Below are positions 47,415-57,725 of a stretch of DNA of 64,000 nt, piece after piece (positions within the stretch are counted from its first letter, which is position 1; every line of letters begins with the position of its first letter). The notes below the pieces were generated by a model. The model ran no database searches. It saw nothing but the letters and a program-made list of their open reading frames with translations, and had not been told where the DNA came from. This DNA is from Candidatus Melainabacteria bacterium (GTDB lineage Bacteria > Cyanobacteriota > Vampirovibrionia > Vampirovibrionales > Vampirovibrionaceae), in contig JBFWUP010000004.1 of assembly GCA_050247195.1 (NCBI GenBank), positions 187,522 through 251,521 on the forward strand. The letters run 5' to 3'. The position numbers and the translations under genes were made by a program.

Positions 47415-49724
47415 ATGAATGCCATGGTGAGACGCATGAAGCCTATTGTGACCGGTGCCCTGATTCTGACGGCGTTGACCGGCCTGGTCTGGTACGCCGA
47501 CCAGGCTGACTGGATTGATGTTCAGGGCAGTTTGTTTCAGAGCGGCGCCAACGCCAACCTGTTTAACGCCACCCAGAAAATTCCCGACCAGGAAACCGCC
47601 CGCGAGCAGTACCGGCAGGCGCTGACCGCCCTGAAAAATAAAGAGTATGAAACGGCCCTCGGGGAATTCCGCGAACTGCACGACAGTTACCCGGGCCTGG
47701 AGGAAACCATCCTCCTGCATCAGGCGCAGGCGCTCAGCCAGCTGCCCAATGAAATGGGAGCGCAGGGCAAACTGAAGCAGATCATCCAGCGGCATCCCGA
47801 CAGCCCTCTGGTGCTGCGCGCCCAGTACGAACTGGCCCAGTCTCATTACCGCGCCGGCGAACCCGAAAAAGCCGAAACGGCGTTTAAAAAAATTCTGCGC
47901 GCTGACCCGGACAGTGCGTATGCGCTGGGCAGCCGGTATTTTCTCGGCATGATCATCCGCCGCGGCCTGCCAGAAGCGCCTTCGGCCGGTAACAGCACCC
48001 CCGGCGTTTCCGCCGACGCCCTGAAGCTGATGATGAATTACTGGCGTCAGTATCTGGAAGCCTGCAACCGATGCGTTTTCAGCGGAGAGATCACACGACA
48101 GCTGGAGGATCTGGCGGGTAAAAAACGGGTCACCCTGACGCCTGACGATCACGCCCGGATGGCCACGGCCCTCGCTGAAGAAGCCCGCGACTGGCAGGCA
48201 GTGCTCACGCATGCTGAAACCGGAACGCCCGCCCTCTCGTGGGCCCCCAAGGCCATGGCGCAGTTTCATCTAGGGCAGACGGACGCCGCCCTGACCACCA
48301 TTGAAGCCGGCCTGCCCGGCGAGCATGATGAAAAAACGGCTCAGTGGGCCGTTGATACCGCGCTGATTATTCCGGGGCACAATGCCGCAGCCACCCTGAA
48401 CACACTGCTGGCCCGACCACTGAAAACCGGCAAGGATTATGTCCTCTGGCAACTCGCCATCCATGTTCCCAACCAGGCGCCGCGCTATTATCAGCAGATT
48501 CTTGCGGACAACCCCAACAGCGATTACGCGCCGGAGAGTTCCTGGCGGCTGATGTGGCCCCTGCTGCAGCAACAGCAGTACGAGGCTTTTTTAAACAAGG
48601 CGCACACGCATCTGGCGGAATATGGTTACGCCAAATCGTCTCCCATGGTAGCTTTCTGGTCGGGCAAAGTCCATGAGCGGATGAACGATACCGCCCAGGC
48701 CCGCAAAGCCTACGAAGCCCTTCTGCATGATTATCCTGACAGTTATTACGCCTTCCGCGCCTATGGCCGTCTGAAAGCCCTTCATGGGCGTTCGCTGGGC
48801 GCTGACCCGGGCTGGACAACCCTACCCAACCGCACCGATTACCCGCCCACGGGACAATCCCTCCCGCTCGGCAGCCTGATTCCTGCGCCCCGCCAGTGGG
48901 CCGCCACGCTGTCCTCCGGTCTCAACCGGGACCATGAAGCGGCGCGCCTGACCCGGGCCGTGGAAGAACTGATGACCATCGGCGCCGCTGATGATGTGCT
49001 GCTGATACTGGAAGACAGCTTCGGACACGAACAGGTCCCCCCGGCCATGCTCAGCTGGTATTATCAGGCGCAGGGCAACCGGCCCCAGGGCCTCCGCATC
49101 CTCCGCGACGCAATCAGCGAACGCACACGGGATGCGTTTCTGCACAAGGCCACGCCACAGGCGACCGGCAGCGGCCAACCCACAGAAACGGAGCTCAGAA
49201 TTCTCTACCCGCTGGTGTTTGAAGACACCATTCAGACCGAAGCCAAACGACATCACCTGGACCCCTGGCTGGTGCAGAGCCTCATGCGCGAGGAAAGCTA
49301 TTTCAATGAGTTTGCCGTCAGCCGCTCCGACGCCCGGGGGCTGATGCAGCTGCTGCCGGCCACAGCGCGCGAGGTGGCCGGCTGGGAAAGCCTGCCCGGT
49401 TTTAACACCACGGATCTCTTCCAGCCTGCCGTGAATATCCGACTGGGCACCCGCTACCTCAGCCACCTGCACGAACTGTTCAGCGGCGCCTCCATGTTCT
49501 CTGTGGGCGCCTACAACGGCGGGCCCAACGCCATGCGCCGCTGGGTGGATGCCTCGACCAATGTGCAGTCGGATCCGGACTGGTTTGTGGAGAATATTCC
49601 CTATGATCAGACCCGTGACTACATTAAAAAGGTGTTTGGCAGCTACTGGAACTACAACCGGCTTTACGGCAACCAATACCCGCTCAGCAGCGTGCTGGGC
49701 AACGCCCCGGACAGCGCAAGCTGA
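47415..49724 (+). CDS. Soluble lytic transglycosylase (Slt70-like) with TPRs
   Basis: LMREESYF, ARGLMQLLPATA, NIRLGTRYL, AYNGGP, IPYDQTRDYIKKV. Confidence 0.92.
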   Translation: MNAMVRRMKPIVTGALILTALTGLVWYADQADWIDVQGSLFQSGANANLFNATQKIPDQETAREQYRQALTALKNKEYETALGEFRELHDSYPGLEETILLHQAQALSQLPNEMGAQGKLKQIIQRHPDSPLVLRAQYELAQSHYRAGEPEKAETAFKKILRADPDSAYALGSRYFLGMIIRRGLPEAPSAGNSTPGVSADALKLMMNYWRQYLEACNRCVFSGEITRQLEDLAGKKRVTLTPDDHARMATALAEEARDWQAVLTHAETGTPALSWAPKAMAQFHLGQTDAALTTIEAGLPGEHDEKTAQWAVDTALIIPGHNAAATLNTLLARPLKTGKDYVLWQLAIHVPNQAPRYYQQILADNPNSDYAPESSWRLMWPLLQQQQYEAFLNKAHTHLAEYGYAKSSPMVAFWSGKVHERMNDTAQARKAYEALLHDYPDSYYAFRAYGRLKALHGRSLGADPGWTTLPNRTDYPPTGQSLPLGSLIPAPRQWAATLSSGLNRDHEAARLTRAVEELMTIGAADDVLLILEDSFGHEQVPPAMLSWYYQAQGNRPQGLRILRDAISERTRDAFLHKATPQATGSGQPTETELRILYPLVFEDTIQTEAKRHHLDPWLVQSLMREESYFNEFAVSRSDARGLMQLLPATAREVAGWESLPGFNTTDLFQPAVNIRLGTRYLSHLHELFSGASMFSVGAYNGGPNAMRRWVDASTNVQSDPDWFVENIPYDQTRDYIKKVFGSYWNYNRLYGNQYPLSSVLGNAPDSAS

Positions 49725-49903
49725 TTCATCACCCGAGTAACACGCTATTCTGGAGCATACTTTTGGCCCAGCCCCCTGTCTATTTGGCGGGACCCCGTGT
49801 TATGTGTATAATGCGGCCATCACGGGCTTTTTCAGCGATATCCCCCTGAAATCTGTGGTGTGTTTCCGGTTTCTTCTGGAATGGTTTTTTGGAGAGCTGC
49901 CTC

Positions 49904-51595
49904 ATGTCCGGTTCCTTCGTACTGATGCTACACAGTCACCTGCCTTTTTACCGCAAGGCCGGTATGTGGCCTTTTGGCGAAGAGAACCTGTATGAGTGTA
50001 TGGTGGAAACCTACCTGCCGCTGCTTAACGCGCTGACCGAGTTGCAGGCTGACGGCATTGCGGCGCACATCACCGTGGGCATTACCCCGGTACTGGCCGA
50101 ACAGCTGGCTGATGAGCACCTGAAGCAGGGATTTGAGACCTATCTGCAGCGCCAGATTGACATGGCGGAAGCCGATGTGGCCCGCTACCCCGACCCGGAT
50201 GTGCCCCATTCGGATCACCTCGCTTTTCTGGCCGGTTATTACCGCGATCATTTTAAAAGCCTGATGGATGATTTCCGCAGCAAATACCAGCGCGATGTGA
50301 TTGGCGCCTTCCGTAAACTGCAGGACGCCGGGTGCATTGAGATCACCACCTCGGCAGCCACGCATGGATTTCTTCCCCTGCTGGCCACGGATGAAGCCAT
50401 TGAAGGCCAGCTGAAAACCGGGATTGAAGCCTATAAAAAATACTTCGGCCGCGACCCCAAAGGGATCTGGTTACCGGAATGCGCCTACCGTCACCGCCGC
50501 GCCGTCAATCCGGTCAACGGCGAAGTGACCGTGCGCCCGCCCATTGAAGCCTTCCTCTTTGAAAACGGCCTTCAGTACTTCTTTACCGAATACAGCGCCA
50601 TTGAAGGCAGCGAGGGCAGTGAATACCGCCGCCACGTGGGCATCTACCGCGATATCAAACAGGTGCCGATGCACCACAAGTCGCTGACCGGCCTCACCAC
50701 GGATCAACCCTACTACCTGAAGGATTACCCGGTGGCCGTGCTGGGCCGCAATGAGCGGGCGAGCTTCCAGGTCTGGTCCGCCGCCGATGGTTACCCGGGT
50801 GACGGCATTTACCGCGAGTTTCACAAAAAAGACGAAACCTCCGGCCTGCAGTACTGGCGCATTACCGCCAAGGATCGCGGGTTCGGCGACAAAATGCTCT
50901 ATGACCCGGTGGAGGCCTTTAACAAAACCAGAGAGCATGCCAAACATTACGTGTGGCTGATTGAACAGATGCTGGCCGAAAAAGAAGACGACAGCATGAT
51001 CATGGTCTCTTTTGACACCGAACTGTTTGGCCACTGGTGGTATGAAGGCATTGCCTGGCTGAAGGAAGTGATCCGCGGCCTGCATGCCAGCAAAGCCGTT
51101 CACGTCCGCACCGCCAGTGAGCAACTGGCCACCCAGGCCCCTGAAGCCGCGCTGCAGCTGCCCGACAGTACCTGGGGCGCCGGCGGCCACTACTGGGTGT
51201 GGAACAACGAGGAACATACCCACTGGATGTGGTCGATCATTCACGAGTGTGAATACTTTATGCGCCAGCTGGTACGGGCCTTCATCAACGAGAAGGATCC
51301 GCTCAAGGTCCGCATTCTGAACCAGACTTTCCGCGAACTGCTGTTGCTGCAGAGCAGCGACTGGCCCTTCCTCATCACCACAGGGCAGGCCCGTCAGTAC
51401 GCCATTGACCGCTTCAACACGCACGTGGCCAATTTTAACTCCCTGGCCGTTATGCTGACCGGCGGCACAGTGGATGAGGAGCTGCTGAGCCGCCTGGAAG
51501 AACAGAATAATCTGTTTGCCGGCGTGGACTACCACTGGTACCAGTATCACCCCGATGCAGCCGAGGCGCACACACCGGGCGCACAACTGGTATAA
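49904..51595 (+). CDS. GH57 1,4-alpha-glucan branching enzyme (DUF1957)
   Basis: LHSHLP, ETYLPLL, ATHGFLPL, GIWLPECAY, FDTELFGHWWYEG, QSSDWPF. Confidence 0.92.
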   Translation: MSGSFVLMLHSHLPFYRKAGMWPFGEENLYECMVETYLPLLNALTELQADGIAAHITVGITPVLAEQLADEHLKQGFETYLQRQIDMAEADVARYPDPDVPHSDHLAFLAGYYRDHFKSLMDDFRSKYQRDVIGAFRKLQDAGCIEITTSAATHGFLPLLATDEAIEGQLKTGIEAYKKYFGRDPKGIWLPECAYRHRRAVNPVNGEVTVRPPIEAFLFENGLQYFFTEYSAIEGSEGSEYRRHVGIYRDIKQVPMHHKSLTGLTTDQPYYLKDYPVAVLGRNERASFQVWSAADGYPGDGIYREFHKKDETSGLQYWRITAKDRGFGDKMLYDPVEAFNKTREHAKHYVWLIEQMLAEKEDDSMIMVSFDTELFGHWWYEGIAWLKEVIRGLHASKAVHVRTASEQLATQAPEAALQLPDSTWGAGGHYWVWNNEEHTHWMWSIIHECEYFMRQLVRAFINEKDPLKVRILNQTFRELLLLQSSDWPFLITTGQARQYAIDRFNTHVANFNSLAVMLTGGTVDEELLSRLEEQNNLFAGVDYHWYQYHPDAAEAHTPGAQLV

Positions 51596-51642
51596 TCAGA
51601 GACATCCCCACACGAAACCCCCGGGGATGATGAAGCGGGGCA

Positions 51643-51671
51643 TTGACTCGAACGTAATTTCGATATAGACT
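51643..51671 (+). promoter_or_regulatory. recA sigma-70 promoter with overlapping LexA-box-like palindrome
   Basis: TTGACT-N17-TAGACT. TCGAACGTAATTTCGA (51648-51663) lies in the spacer. Confidence 0.7.
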
Positions 51672-51749
51672 GTTTCCACACAGTCACCGGATGCCGGCTG
51701 CTGAGAGCGCCGCCGACCATTCCGCAAATTACGCCAAGGAGAGAGTCTT

Positions 51750-52871
51750 ATGAGCCCCAGCACCCGAGAAAAAACCACCATCAAGGAACTGGAGGAACGC
51801 GAAGCCATGCAGGCAGCCGATCTGGCCGAGCGCAAGAAGGCGCTCAGTGTCACCATTGATAAACTGGAAAAAGACTTCGGCAAGGGCGCCATCATGAAGC
51901 TCGGCGACCGGCAGGTTGTCAGCTACGACGCCATTCCCACCGGCGCCCTGTCCCTGGACCTGGCTCTGGGGATTAACGGGGTGCCGCGCGGGCGGATCAT
52001 CGAGATTTATGGCCCCGAATCCAGCGGGAAAACCACCATGACCCTCAGCATTGTGGCCCAGGCGCAGAAAACCGGGGGGATTGCCGCTTTTGTGGATGCC
52101 GAGCATGCCCTGGACCCGGAATACGCCAGGAAAATCGGGGTCAATATTGATGAACTGCTGGTCAGTCAGCCCGACACCGGCGAACAGGCCCTGGAGATTA
52201 CCGAACAGCTGGTGCGCTCCGGCGCTGTGGACATTATCGTCGTGGACTCCGTGGCGGCGCTGGTTCCCAAGGCGGAGATTGAAGGCGAAATGGGCGACTC
52301 GCACATGGGCCTGCAGGCCCGGCTGATGAGCCAGGCCCTGCGCAAACTGACCGCCATTGTGGGCAAAACCCGCACCACCGTTATCTTTATTAACCAGCTT
52401 CGCCAGAAAATCGGGGTGATTTACGGCAACCCGGAAACGACCACGGGCGGCAACGCCCTGAAGTTCTACGCCAGCGTGCGTCTGGATATTCGCCGCGTGG
52501 AAACCCTGAAAAAAGACGGCACGGAAATCGGCAACCGCGTGAAGGTCCGTGTGGTGAAAAACAAGGTCGCCCCGCCGTTCAAAATCGCTGAATTCGACAT
52601 TCTCTTCGGCCAGGGCATTTCCTCGGCCAGCAGCCTGATTGATGTGGCCGTGGACATGAATATCATCAAGAAGGCAGGCGCCTGGTACAGCTATCAGGAT
52701 GAAAAACTGGGCCAGGGCCGCGACAAGACCCGCGAAATGCTTGAAGAGGACAACAACCTCTTCCGCGAGATTGAGGCCAAGGTCCGCGCCGCCATTGATG
52801 TGATGCGCGCAGGCGCGGTGAAACCGGAAGAAACCGACGCTGAAGCGGCCGGCGAAGCCGACGCCGAATAA
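51750..52871 (+). CDS. recA: Recombinase A
   Basis: [48 protein letters not shown]. Confidence 0.98.
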   Translation: MSPSTREKTTIKELEEREAMQAADLAERKKALSVTIDKLEKDFGKGAIMKLGDRQVVSYDAIPTGALSLDLALGINGVPRGRIIEIYGPESSGKTTMTLSIVAQAQKTGGIAAFVDAEHALDPEYARKIGVNIDELLVSQPDTGEQALEITEQLVRSGAVDIIVVDSVAALVPKAEIEGEMGDSHMGLQARLMSQALRKLTAIVGKTRTTVIFINQLRQKIGVIYGNPETTTGGNALKFYASVRLDIRRVETLKKDGTEIGNRVKVRVVKNKVAPPFKIAEFDILFGQGISSASSLIDVAVDMNIIKKAGAWYSYQDEKLGQGRDKTREMLEEDNNLFREIEAKVRAAIDVMRAGAVKPEETDAEAAGEADAE

Positions 52872-52988
52872 CCCCGCATCCGGCGGGTGGATCCCGCTGA
52901 CCCGTTCCATTACAATGGGCCTTTCCTCACCGAAAGGCCCATTTGCCGTATGCCTGCAGCTGCCCGCCCATCTCCGCCGGAGCCCACC

Positions 52989-53834
52989 ATGGATATTCTG
53001 TTTTTTGGCGACATGGTCGGCAGGCCCGGACGCGAAGCGGTGACCCACTACCTCACGCACCTGCGCAGTGAAGGCCTGATGCCCGATATCGTTATCGCCA
53101 ACGCGGAGAACACCACCCACGGCTTCGGGATCAACCGGCGCCATTACAATGAACTGATGACGGCAGGGGTGGACATCCTGACCGGTGGCAACCACATCTG
53201 GGACCGGCAGGAGATTTTTGAGTTCATTGATGAGGCGGACCGCCTGCTGAGACCGGATAACTTTCCCGCCCACGCCCCGGGGCAGGGCGGCGGCGTGTTC
53301 ACCATTGAGAAAAACGGTAAAACGCACACACTGGGCGTCATGAACCTGATTGGTCAGGTGTTTATGGGCAATTACAACTCTCCCTGGGACAGCCTGGAGC
53401 GCCTTCTGCCCGCCCTGAAGGCCCAGACACCTGTCGTTTTCCTCGATATCCACGCTGAGGCGACGGCTGAAAAGATGTGCATGGCCCATTTTGCCGCCAC
53501 CATGGGCCTGAGCGCCATGGTTGGCACCCACACCCACTGCCAGACGGCCGATAACCGGATTATTGCGGGACAGCTCGGTTATATTACCGATGCCGGCTTT
53601 AACGGGGCCTATAACAGTATTATCGGCATGGAGCCGGAGGGGTCGATTAAACGCCTGCGCGACCAGCTTCCGGCCCGCCTCGGTGTCGCCGAAGCCACGT
53701 CGCTGCAAGTGAATGCGGTTCGTTTCACCGTGGAAAGCCGCACAGGGGTGTGCCAGCGGGTTCGCCGTATCAACACCATACTGGATTTATCAGGCTATCC
53801 GGCCGATATCCCTTTGGGTGAAGCCTGCCCGTAA
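52989..53834 (+). CDS. YmdB-family (TIGR00282) metallophosphoesterase
   Basis: GDMVGRPGR, NAEN, GNHIWD, DIHAEATAEK, GTHTH, ITDAG. Confidence 0.92.
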   Translation: MDILFFGDMVGRPGREAVTHYLTHLRSEGLMPDIVIANAENTTHGFGINRRHYNELMTAGVDILTGGNHIWDRQEIFEFIDEADRLLRPDNFPAHAPGQGGGVFTIEKNGKTHTLGVMNLIGQVFMGNYNSPWDSLERLLPALKAQTPVVFLDIHAEATAEKMCMAHFAATMGLSAMVGTHTHCQTADNRIIAGQLGYITDAGFNGAYNSIIGMEPEGSIKRLRDQLPARLGVAEATSLQVNAVRFTVESRTGVCQRVRRINTILDLSGYPADIPLGEACP

Positions 53835-53962
53835 GGCTTTGAAACCCGCCCAGTCTGGCCTGTAAACCGCCCGGATGGTGGAAAGCCACTAGAAAAGGCC
53901 ACCGGCAGGGAGTATAATAGAGGTGATCTCCGGTTTGAAGCCAGAATTGAAGGAAACGACCT

Positions 53963-54610
53963 ATCTCCACACCGATCTGCCCGACCCAGCACACCCTGGA
54001 CGAAGCCAAAACCTGGCTGAGTCACCAGTTGTCGTCGGAGCGCTATGACCATTCCATTGGGGCCTATGAAAAAGCGGTGGAGCTGGCTGAAAAATTCCGC
54101 CTGGCGCCGCACGAAAAAGAAGCCGCCGCCTGGGCCGCCCTGCTGCATGATGCGGCAAAGCTGCTGCCGCCGGATGAACTGATGGCCCGCTGCGAGGCCG
54201 AAGGCGTTCCGCTGGACGCCATGGATCGGGCCACCCCGCAAACCCTGCACCCCTGGGTGGGCGCCCTGCTGGTGCGCGAAGAATTCGGCATCACCGATGA
54301 GGATACCCTCAATGCCATCCGTTACCACACCACCGGCCGGGCCGGTATGTGCCTGGTGGAAAAGGTGGTGTATGTCGCGGATAAAATTGAAGGCAACACC
54401 CGCAACCCGCTTTATGTTCAGAAAATGACGGCCCATCTGGACTTTCAGGACCCGGACAGTCTGGATCGCACCATGCTGTACATACTGGATTCCACCATGC
54501 AGTTTTTAATGGAAAAGAAACAGGTGATTCACCCCCGCACCCTGGCCGCACGCAACGACGTGGTGACGCGCGTCCGCGAACAGGCCGGCCGTAAACCCGC
54601 CAATGTGTAG
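53963..54610 (+). CDS. yqeK: YqeK-family HD hydrolase (Ap4A hydrolase)
   Basis: RYDHSIG, LLHDAAK, LH, AIRYHTTG, VADKIE. Start uncertain (ATC at 53963 or TTG at 54029). Confidence 0.85.
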   Translation: MSTPICPTQHTLDEAKTWLSHQLSSERYDHSIGAYEKAVELAEKFRLAPHEKEAAAWAALLHDAAKLLPPDELMARCEAEGVPLDAMDRATPQTLHPWVGALLVREEFGITDEDTLNAIRYHTTGRAGMCLVEKVVYVADKIEGNTRNPLYVQKMTAHLDFQDPDSLDRTMLYILDSTMQFLMEKKQVIHPRTLAARNDVVTRVREQAGRKPANV

Positions 54611-54631
54611 CGCAATGTAAGGAGGACTGTT

Positions 54632-55036
54632 TTGACCCAGAGCACATCGCAAAACCCACCCGCCACCACGCACAGCCCGCTGGAGCTTGCCCGCCTTGCC
54701 GCCGGTATTGCCGACAGCAAAAAGGCGAAGGATCTGGTGGTGCTCAGCACCGGCAATGTGTCCTATCTCGCGGATTATTTTGTGATCTGCACCGGTGAGA
54801 GCAAGGCGCAGATACGCACCATTGCCGATGCGATTGAACAGGAGTTTAAAGCGCTGGGACAAACCCTCTGCGGTCAGGAACGCGACCAGCAACCCTCCTG
54901 GTGTCTGCTGGATTACGGCGACGTGGTCATCCATGTGATGAGCCCGGATCGACGCGATTTTTACCAGCTGGAGCACTTCTGGAACCATGCCGATACCCTG
55001 CCCGAAGAGAGCTGGCAGGCCAAACAGGCTTCCTGA
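54632..55036 (+). CDS. rsfS: Ribosome silencing factor
   Basis: DSKKAKD, ADYFVICTG, WCLLDYGDVVIHV, RDFYQLE. AAGGAGG RBS. Confidence 0.95.
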   Translation: MTQSTSQNPPATTHSPLELARLAAGIADSKKAKDLVVLSTGNVSYLADYFVICTGESKAQIRTIADAIEQEFKALGQTLCGQERDQQPSWCLLDYGDVVIHVMSPDRRDFYQLEHFWNHADTLPEESWQAKQAS

Positions 55037-55045
55037 TTGCCGGCA

Positions 55046-55738
55046 ATGAAAACTGTTGGACTGATTGGCGGGATGAGCTGGGAATCAACCGCCCTGTATT
55101 ACCGGCTGCTGAATGAGGCCGCCCGGGAAAGGCACCACGGACTCACTTCGGCCCGGATTCTGCTTTGGAGCATGGATTTTCAGGTCATCGCGGATCTGCA
55201 GACCGCCGGCGACTGGCAGACACTCAGAGCGCACATGGTGGAAGCGGCGCAGCGCCTGCATATGGCGGGGGCGGACTTTCTTGCCATTGCCACCAACACC
55301 ATGCACCGTCTGGCCCCGGCCATTGAAGCGGCGGTGGACTGCCCCCTCATCCATATTGGCGACGCCACCGGCAAAGCCATTCATCAGCAGGGTTTGCGGC
55401 GGGTGGCCCTGCTGGGAACGCGTTACACCATGGAAACCCCGGATGTCCTGACCGAACGCCTGCAGGCGCAGTTCGGCCTGGAGGTCATCGTCCCGGATCC
55501 GGCGGACCGCAACGCCATACATGCCCTGATTTTTGAAGAACTCTGCCAGGGCTGTTTCACCGAAGCCGGAAAAGACACCTTACTGACCGTGATTGCGCGC
55601 ATGCAGGCTGCCGGCGCCGAGGGGGTCATTCTGGGTTGCACGGAACTCCCGCTGATCGTCACGCAACCTGACGCCACCCTGCCCCTGTTTGATACCACCC
55701 GGCTGCACGCCGCCGCCATTGCCGACGCCATTCTATAA
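55046..55738 (+). CDS. Aspartate/glutamate racemase family (YgeA/RacX-like)
   Basis: MKTVGLIGGMSWEST..YY, TNTMH, LLGTRYTM, ILGCTE. Confidence 0.92.
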   Translation: MKTVGLIGGMSWESTALYYRLLNEAARERHHGLTSARILLWSMDFQVIADLQTAGDWQTLRAHMVEAAQRLHMAGADFLAIATNTMHRLAPAIEAAVDCPLIHIGDATGKAIHQQGLRRVALLGTRYTMETPDVLTERLQAQFGLEVIVPDPADRNAIHALIFEELCQGCFTEAGKDTLLTVIARMQAAGAEGVILGCTELPLIVTQPDATLPLFDTTRLHAAAIADAIL

Positions 55739-56599
55739 TGATGAAACCTCGCCTTTGGCCTGATTCCACAAAGTATCCCAGGTCTCAAAATCGAGATCGT
55801 TTAAAGCTTTCTCCGGCATTTGCGAAGCCACACGCGACTCCATCGACTGGAAACGCCGTGTGAATTTGGTGGTGGCGGCAGTCAGGGCCACCTCCGGATC
55901 GATCTGATATTCGCGCGCCAGGTTCACCACGGCAAATAGAATATCGCCCATTTCCTCTTCACGACGGCGTTGCTGTAAAACCGGATCCGGCTCGGCATCA
56001 AGCTCGCGGAATTCATCGAATTCACTCATTACGCACTGCCACAGCGATTCAACCGTTGGCCAGGCAAAACCGGCTTTCACAGCCTTTCGGGAGGTCTCCA
56101 GGGCCCGGCTCAGAGCAGGTTGGGCCATACTCACCCCGGCCAGAATACTTTCAGCGCCTTCGGGCAAAGAGGCCTGACCCCGCTTTGCCGCTTTTTCCGC
56201 CTGTTTAATGGCCTGCCAGTTTCGGGTCACAGCTTCGGGCGTATCGGCCTGGGCCTCGCCAAATACGTGCGGGTGGCGCCGGATGAGTTTATCGGCAATC
56301 CCCTGTGCAACGGCTTCAAAATCAAACAGGCCCGCATCACCGGCGATCTGGGCGTGCAGGGCCACCTGAAGCAGCACATCCCCCAGCTCCTCACACAGGG
56401 CTGCCGGTTCTTCAGCACCCGCTGCCATGGTCTCCACTGCCTCATACGCCTCTTCCAGCATAAAGGGTCGCAGGCTCTGGTGGGTTTGCTTCAGATCCCA
56501 GGGACAGCCGGCCCGGGGGTCACGCAGCTGGGCCACAACCGCCAGCAGGCGGCTGATTCCGGTGGCATTGGCAATGGCGGGCGGCAACGGGGTGGTCAT
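55733..56599 (-). CDS. mazG: Nucleoside triphosphate pyrophosphohydrolase
   Basis: GCPWDLKQTHQSL, EEAYE, EELGDVL, KLIRRHPHVF, EEMGDILF. Confidence 0.95.
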   Translation of the reverse strand: MTTPLPPAIANATGISRLLAVVAQLRDPRAGCPWDLKQTHQSLRPFMLEEAYEAVETMAAGAEEPAALCEELGDVLLQVALHAQIAGDAGLFDFEAVAQGIADKLIRRHPHVFGEAQADTPEAVTRNWQAIKQAEKAAKRGQASLPEGAESILAGVSMAQPALSRALETSRKAVKAGFAWPTVESLWQCVMSEFDEFRELDAEPDPVLQQRRREEEMGDILFAVVNLAREYQIDPEVALTAATTKFTRRFQSMESRVASQMPEKALNDLDFETWDTLWNQAKGEVSSL

Positions 56600-56679
56600 G
56601 AAACTGTTCTAGCACGATTGACCCGAAATGACCAACCGCCGTCATTTCGCTATAATAGAGTCATCAGCGTGAAAAAAAG

Positions 56680-57684
56680 ATGACCATGAGCGATTTCACA
56701 CCGGCCATAACAGCCCTCAGCCAGGCCAGCAGTCTCTTTATCACCGCCCATGTTGGCCCGGACGGCGATACCCTGGGCACAATGCTGGGCCTGAGACACG
56801 CCCTTTGCGCCACCCGGCCGGCGCTTCGGGTGGATTGCGTGATTTCGGGCAAAATGCCGGATGTCTACCGCTTTATGCCGGGCATTGAGACCGTCAAGGA
56901 CTGTGAAACCGCCACGGATCTTCTGGAACGCTATGACCTGGCCATCTCGGTGGATTGCGGTTCGCTGGATCGGCTGGGGCCTGCCGGGGCGCATTTCAGT
57001 CGCGCGGCAACCTCCCTCAATATCGATCACCACGTCAGCAACGAACAGTTTGGCCAGATTAACCTGGTGGTGCCGCAGGCAGCCGCCAGCGGTGAGGTGC
57101 TATTCGATCTGCTGCAGGCCATGGATGTACCGGTGCCCCCTGAAGCCGCGACATGCCTGTATACGGCCATTGTCACGGATACCGGCGGGTTTAAGTACAG
57201 CAACACCTCAGCCAAGGTGATGGAAACCGTGGCCGCCCTGATTCGCTGCGGCGCGGATCCGGAATTTATTTTCAAACAACTCTACGAAGAACAGCCCTTT
57301 GAAAAACTCGCCCTGCATGCCGACGCGTTTCTGCAAACCCGCTTTGAAGCCGATCAGCGGATTGCCTGGACGCTGGTGGATCAGGATCTGCTGAAAAAGC
57401 ACCAGGCGCTGGAAGAACACGTGGACGGTCTGGTTGAAAATCTGCGCCGCATTAACTGTGTGCTGGTCGCCGTGGTCCTCAAGCATACCCGCCCCGGTGA
57501 AACCCGGGTCAGCTGCCGCAGCGACGATCACCGCATTGATGTGAGCCAGGTGATGCAAAGTTTTGGAGGCGGCGGGCATAAAATGGCCGCCGGCTGCACC
57601 ATCGCCGCCCCGCCGCGCGAGGCGTGGGCGCAACTGCTGCCCAGGTTCCGGGAAGCCGTCCAGCCGGCGCTGGCCGTTACCTGA
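56680..57684 (+). CDS. nrnA: DHH/DHHA1 nanoRNase / pAp phosphatase
   Basis: HVGPDGD, VDCG, IDHH, TDTGGF, GGGGHKMAAG. Confidence 0.88.
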   Translation: MTMSDFTPAITALSQASSLFITAHVGPDGDTLGTMLGLRHALCATRPALRVDCVISGKMPDVYRFMPGIETVKDCETATDLLERYDLAISVDCGSLDRLGPAGAHFSRAATSLNIDHHVSNEQFGQINLVVPQAAASGEVLFDLLQAMDVPVPPEAATCLYTAIVTDTGGFKYSNTSAKVMETVAALIRCGADPEFIFKQLYEEQPFEKLALHADAFLQTRFEADQRIAWTLVDQDLLKKHQALEEHVDGLVENLRRINCVLVAVVLKHTRPGETRVSCRSDDHRIDVSQVMQSFGGGGHKMAAGCTIAAPPREAWAQLLPRFREAVQPALAVT

Positions 57685-57725
57685 CCAGTCAACAGTCCTT
57701 TCAGCATCCGGCGCTTTAAACCAAA

